Assembly: GCA_963664195.1 (NCBI GenBank)
Contig: OY760907.1
Span: 1,728,001 to 1,792,000 of the forward strand
From: an uncultured candidate division Zixibacteria bacterium
Lineage (GTDB): Bacteria > Zixibacteria > MSB-5A5 > GN15 > FEB-12
Length of the DNA: 64,000 nt
Direction: 5' to 3'
Part shown: positions 59,496-64,000 of the stretch, one piece after another
Layout: every line of letters starts with the position of its first letter
Numbering within the stretch: the stretch's first letter is position 1
The notes under the pieces: generated by a model
Seen by the model: the letters and a program-made list of their open reading frames with translations, nothing else
Databases searched by the model: none
Told to the model about the DNA's origin: nothing
Made by a program: the position numbers and the translations under genes

Positions 59496-59606
59496 AAACG
59501 CGGATGTTTGTCCTTTCCAGAAATCGTAAGGTACGCGATTTTCTTGTCATCCGGATGACTTCTCTGTATCTTCAGTGACTTGCCGTTGAAATACAGAAAG
59601 GGTGCT

Positions 59607-60089
59607 ATGAATTCGGCCAAGTCCATCCCAACTCTACCCGAAACGGGTAAAAACCTGACCCTTGAGCTGCTTATTATACTGGCTCTGGCGGTCATCGCAT
59701 TCGTGGCGGCAGGTCAGCTTGACCTGTTCGAGCGACTACACGGTTTTATGGAAGACCATGAGGATTGGGAACTCGACGAGTTGTTGATTCTCTCGCTGTA
59801 TTTCGTCGTTGCCGGGCTGGTGTTCTCGCTCAGGCGCTGGCGCGAGTCACAGCGCTTGTCTGTCGGACTTCGGAAAGAGACCGAGCGTCTTCAGGCCGCG
59901 CTCAATGAAGTAAAACTGCTCAGGGGTATCGTTCCTATCTGCGCCTGGTGCAAGAAAATCCGCGATGATCAGGGCTTCTGGCAGCAGGTTGATCAGTACG
60001 TTTCCGAACACAGCGAGGTGGAATTCACCCACGGTATGTGTCCCGAATGTGCTGCCCGCAAGATGGCCGAGCTGGATCGGGATCTGTAA
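59607..60089 (+). CDS. Membrane protein with C-terminal CxxC..HGxCxxC zinc-binding-like module
   Basis: 2 TM segments, coiled coil, PICAWCKKIRDDQGFW..FTHGMCPEC. Confidence 0.8.
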   Translation: MNSAKSIPTLPETGKNLTLELLIILALAVIAFVAAGQLDLFERLHGFMEDHEDWELDELLILSLYFVVAGLVFSLRRWRESQRLSVGLRKETERLQAALNEVKLLRGIVPICAWCKKIRDDQGFWQQVDQYVSEHSEVEFTHGMCPECAARKMAELDRDL

Positions 60090-60174
60090 TTCCAGACATT
60101 CTCAGATCGAAACTGCCATTGTTTCGACGTCATCACTAAAGTCCTTTCCCTGTCTATCCGACTTCTAGAAGTAC

Positions 60175-61173
60175 ATGGACAATGCACTGGCTTCGACCAT
60201 TCTTGACAATAGCCGCGGACTGTCAACTCTCCCTCAGACGTTGTCGGAGGTGCTCCGCGTGGCCCGAAGCGAGGGTTCATCGTCGGATGATCTGGCTCAG
60301 GTGTTGATGAAAGACTCAGCTCTGACGGCCGGCGTTCTTCGGACTGTGAACTCGGCGTTCTACGGTGCCGGTCGCTCCGTCAGCTCTGTCAAGCAGGCAG
60401 TTGTCACCATTGGTATGCAGCAGGTTATCGCGCTTGCCCTTTCTACTTCAGTCTACAGAATGACCACCGACTGGAACTCCACCATGGACCGCAAGCGCTT
60501 CTGGCGGCATTCTCTTGAGGTGGCTCTCGCAGCGAAAATGATTGCCGGCAAAGTCGGTTACCGGGGGGTAGAGGATGCCTTTGTCGCCGGGCTGCTTCAC
60601 GATATCGGCTTGCTCGTTCTTGAACAGACGTTTCCGGAGCAGTTTGAATCAATCTGGAACCGATCGAAAGTGCAGGGTGATCTTTCCACGCTGGAAATCC
60701 AGACCTGGGGCACCGATCATGCCCGGGTTGGCCAGTTCCTGATGGAACACTGGCAGCTTCCCGATCCCATTTGCGAGGCCGTCGGCAACCACCATTCGCT
60801 TCGAGTCGAGGAGGGCACCACCGCGTTCAGTCTTCTGAGCCGGATTATGTGCCTGGCTCAACTGATCTCCAAATTCGCCATTGCCTGGGACGAACCGGTC
60901 AATCCCGCGCAGCTTGTCGGCAAGGAATCTTTTCGGCTCAGTCTGGAAATCGCCCCCGACCAACTCCTGTCTATCGAAAAGGCGCTCCTTCACCAGACCA
61001 AAGAAGGTGCTGCCTACCTCGAAATGGACATAGGCTCTTCCGAAGATCTGATACATGAGGCCAACCGCATTCTCTTCCAGCAGTATCAGACGGTCGAAAA
61101 CCTCATGAATGAACTCCGTAAGCTGAATCCGCAGCTTGATCCTGAAGACCTTCTGGCCAATCTCCGCGCCTGA
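60175..61173 (+). CDS. HDOD domain protein
   Basis: LSTLP, VLRTVNSAFYG, FWRHSL, AGLLHDIG, DHARVG..L...W.LP, HH. Confidence 0.92.
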   Translation: MDNALASTILDNSRGLSTLPQTLSEVLRVARSEGSSSDDLAQVLMKDSALTAGVLRTVNSAFYGAGRSVSSVKQAVVTIGMQQVIALALSTSVYRMTTDWNSTMDRKRFWRHSLEVALAAKMIAGKVGYRGVEDAFVAGLLHDIGLLVLEQTFPEQFESIWNRSKVQGDLSTLEIQTWGTDHARVGQFLMEHWQLPDPICEAVGNHHSLRVEEGTTAFSLLSRIMCLAQLISKFAIAWDEPVNPAQLVGKESFRLSLEIAPDQLLSIEKALLHQTKEGAAYLEMDIGSSEDLIHEANRILFQQYQTVENLMNELRKLNPQLDPEDLLANLRA

Positions 61174-61379
61174 ACGGTTGCCCCCTTCGACTATTGACAA
61201 CTCCAACATAAACCTTGCCAGCGTGACCGGTGACCTCTATCATGCCGGCAGAGCAATGTCCGTGATCTGCCTCATACGGTAAACGAAGCTCGGACACAGC
61301 GGGGATCGGCACACTGACTCCTCGGGGCAGATTCACACGGTCTACAGGGGGCTGTCATGCATTGAGGGAGTTCGATACG

Positions 61380-63695
61380 GTGAAGATCAAGCACAAGATT
61401 CTTCTCGCCATGGTGCTTATCACGTTGGTGTCATCGGTTTTCTTCACGACGCTGCACTATTATGAACAGAGGAATGCCCTGATTGCCGGCCTCGACGACC
61501 GCCTTTTGACCGCCGCACACATGGCCCGGGCTACCCTTCCGGATGACTTTCATGATGCCATTACTGACAGTGAATCGGTCAGTCGGGAAGAATACCGGCA
61601 AATCGTATCCCGCTACAACCGGCTCTGCAAAGATCTGGAGATGGAATATCTCTGGAGCCTGATGGAGGTCGACGGCCGAATTGTATTCACCACCGGAACA
61701 GCCACAAGCAAAAACGTAGAGCAGGGTGATTTTGCTGCCTTCTTCGAGACGCACAGCAACCCAGAGGCGTACGAAGAGGTTTTTCGTACCATGGTCCCTC
61801 AGTATCAGGAGATTGACGACAAGTGGGGGGACCTGCGGGTCGTCCTCGTCCCGTTCGTCGATGCGCACGGCCGCAAGTATCTATTCGGTGCCAGCGTCAG
61901 TATGGAGGCCGCCCAGCACACTACTCAGCAAGTCCTTCTCCAGTGCCTGCTGATACTCGCAGTGCTCGTGCTTGCAACCCTCCTGTTCAGTCTGACTCTG
62001 GCCAAATCACTGTCCCGTCCGATCGAGAAGATTTCTGACGCAGCTCAGAAGATTGCGGCGGGTGATTACGGACAGAAGGTAGATGCCGGCGGATCCGCCG
62101 AGCTGGCCCTGCTCTCTGACAGTGTGAACCACATGTCCCGTGCCATCCAAGAGCAAATGTCGGAACTGCGCGAGCGCGAGGAACGCCTCAGCATTACGCT
62201 CGATTCGATAGGCGACGCCGTTATCGCCACAGACAGTCAGGGCGTTGTCAACCGCATAAACCGGGTGGCCGAAAGACTGACTGGATGGCCACAGGAGAGT
62301 GCTCTCGGTCAGCCTCTGCAGGTGGTCTTCAAGATTCACAACGCGCGCACCGGCGAAGTATGCGAAGACCCCGTCCAGAAGGTTCTGTCAACCGGGGACA
62401 TCGTCGGATTGGCCAATCATACTGTCCTGGTGGCCAGAGACGGTGTCGAGCGTCAAATCGCCGACTCGGGAGCACCGATCAGGTCCGCCGACAACGAGAT
62501 TATCGGCGTGGTGCTGGTCTTCCGCGACGTTACCGGGGAATACGCCCTGCAGGAGCAGCTTCGACACAGCCAGAAAATGGACGCGGTCGGACGGCTCGCC
62601 GGAGGGGTGGCTCACGATTTCAACAACATGCTCGCCGGTGTCCTCGGAGGTGCCGATTTTCTGGCGGATGAGGTACGGTCAGATATCGGACGCGAATCCC
62701 TCCGCATGATAATCGAATCTGCCGAGCGAGCTGCGGATCTCACGGCCAAGCTCCTCGCCTTTGGTCGCAAGAATGTGATAGAGATTTCTCCGGTCGACGT
62801 TCATCGTGCGGTCGATTCGGTCGCCGATGTCCTTGCACGGACCCTCGATCGCAAGATCAGTATTCGCAAGGAACTCACCGCCGGGTCCTCTGTCGTCATG
62901 GGTGATATGACGGAGCTGCAGAACGCCTTCCTGAATCTGGGCATTAACGCTTCGCACGCCATGCCGGAAGGAGGGGAGTTGTTTTTTGAGTCTTCGGTCG
63001 TTGATTTGGATGCAGATTACTGCGAAGCCAGCCCTTTTGATCTGACTCCCGGCCATCACCTCGAAGTCAACGTGCGCGATACCGGTGTAGGGATTCCGCT
63101 CGAAGACCTGCAGAAGATATTCGAGCCGTTCTATACTACCAGACCGTCCGCCTCCGGCACGGGGCTGGGGCTGGCCGCCGTCTACGGAACCGTCCTGCAG
63201 CACAACGGAGCCGTATCCGTCTACAGTGAGACCGGCAGCGGCACTGTCTTCCGCATTTACCTGCCACTGAGCGAGGGATGTGTACACGAATTTCCTCACG
63301 ATGAATCGCCCGTGCCGGGAACCGGAAGAATCCTGGTTGTCGACGACGAACCGGTTATACGTATTACTGCCAGCGCCATTCTCGGACGGCTCGGCTACGA
63401 CGTAGTCGTGGCAGAAAACGGCTATGAAGGGCTGGAGATTTTCAAACAGGAGTGCGATTCTATTGATCTTGTTCTGCTCGATATGATTATGCCGGAGATG
63501 GACGGCAACCGGTGCTTCGCCGCCATGAAGGTGATTCAGCCGGACGTCAAGGTCATTCTGTCGTCCGGGTTTACGCGCGATGCGAACGTGAAGGAGCTTA
63601 TGGACCAGGGGCTGTGCGGGTTTATTCGTAAGCCGTACCGTACCGCGGAACTCAGCCGCCTGATTGGTGAGGTGCTGGCCACCGTGCTGGAGTAA
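61380..63695 (+). CDS. Hybrid sensor histidine kinase (periplasmic, HAMP, PAS, HisKA, HATPase, REC)
   Basis: GTG start after gagggag; AGGVAHDFNN, NLGINA, DTGVG, GTGLGL, ILVVDDE, LLDMIMP. Confidence 0.95.
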   Translation: MKIKHKILLAMVLITLVSSVFFTTLHYYEQRNALIAGLDDRLLTAAHMARATLPDDFHDAITDSESVSREEYRQIVSRYNRLCKDLEMEYLWSLMEVDGRIVFTTGTATSKNVEQGDFAAFFETHSNPEAYEEVFRTMVPQYQEIDDKWGDLRVVLVPFVDAHGRKYLFGASVSMEAAQHTTQQVLLQCLLILAVLVLATLLFSLTLAKSLSRPIEKISDAAQKIAAGDYGQKVDAGGSAELALLSDSVNHMSRAIQEQMSELREREERLSITLDSIGDAVIATDSQGVVNRINRVAERLTGWPQESALGQPLQVVFKIHNARTGEVCEDPVQKVLSTGDIVGLANHTVLVARDGVERQIADSGAPIRSADNEIIGVVLVFRDVTGEYALQEQLRHSQKMDAVGRLAGGVAHDFNNMLAGVLGGADFLADEVRSDIGRESLRMIIESAERAADLTAKLLAFGRKNVIEISPVDVHRAVDSVADVLARTLDRKISIRKELTAGSSVVMGDMTELQNAFLNLGINASHAMPEGGELFFESSVVDLDADYCEASPFDLTPGHHLEVNVRDTGVGIPLEDLQKIFEPFYTTRPSASGTGLGLAAVYGTVLQHNGAVSVYSETGSGTVFRIYLPLSEGCVHEFPHDESPVPGTGRILVVDDEPVIRITASAILGRLGYDVVVAENGYEGLEIFKQECDSIDLVLLDMIMPEMDGNRCFAAMKVIQPDVKVILSSGFTRDANVKELMDQGLCGFIRKPYRTAELSRLIGEVLATVLE

Positions 63696-63833
63696 CCGCC
63701 TTAAATCCTCCGTTCGTTTCGTACCTGTCCCGAGCTAAACACAGTATTGCCCGCCGTCTCTGAAATGGCTATGTTTGTCCATAGAAGCAAAGCAGTGTTA
63801 GGGTACCAGGAATACGAGGACAGGGAGGACCAC

Positions 63834-64000
63834 ATGTCCAGAGGAATTCAGTTCAGAGCGATCGCAATTGCGATTACGCTGGTCGTCATGCTTGGCAGCA
63901 TGGTGGCAGCGGGAGAGATCGAAGACAATCTGACCTATCAGGGCGGCAAGGCCCGTATCTCGGTAGGGAACATCAAAGCCAAGGCGGATCACTGCTCCCA
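63834..64000 (+). CDS. 5' end (partial) of a secreted protein, possibly CsgG/HfaB family
   Basis: RBS gggagg; MSRGIQFRAIAIAITLVVMLGSMVAAGEIEDNLTYQGGKARISVGNIKAKA...; runs off the window. Confidence 0.55.
   Translation, partial: MSRGIQFRAIAIAITLVVMLGSMVAAGEIEDNLTYQGGKARISVGNIKAKADHCS

Overview
Bacterial chromosomal window, most likely candidate phylum Zixibacteria (FCB superphylum). This is inferred from the dockerin-bearing secreted protein and three proteins ending in a 'QNYPNPFNP' FlgD-Ig/secretion-type C-terminal domain. It holds about 41 CDSs: DNA-repair glycosylases (AlkD-like, YcaQ/AlkZ), a sigma54-controlled MacAB-type ABC exporter with a two-component system, two paralogous large surface proteins, metH-metF, several peptidases, a BlaI/BlaR1-like pair, a YtoQ-LOG-YgiQ operon, a MarR-RND-TolC efflux system, a porin + octaheme HAO-like + NapC/NirT cytochrome operon behind an FNR-type box, and signalling genes. 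I found no rRNA, tRNA, CRISPR array or transposase. The most notable observation is an unannotated 47-codon leader ORF containing M-R-M-Y-M-S-M-G-M directly upstream of metH-metF. It is followed by mutually exclusive 1:2 / 2:3 / 3:4 RNA pairings ending in an intrinsic terminator, which looks like a methionine-sensing, ribosome-mediated transcription attenuator. All family calls come from motif recognition by eye, not database searches.
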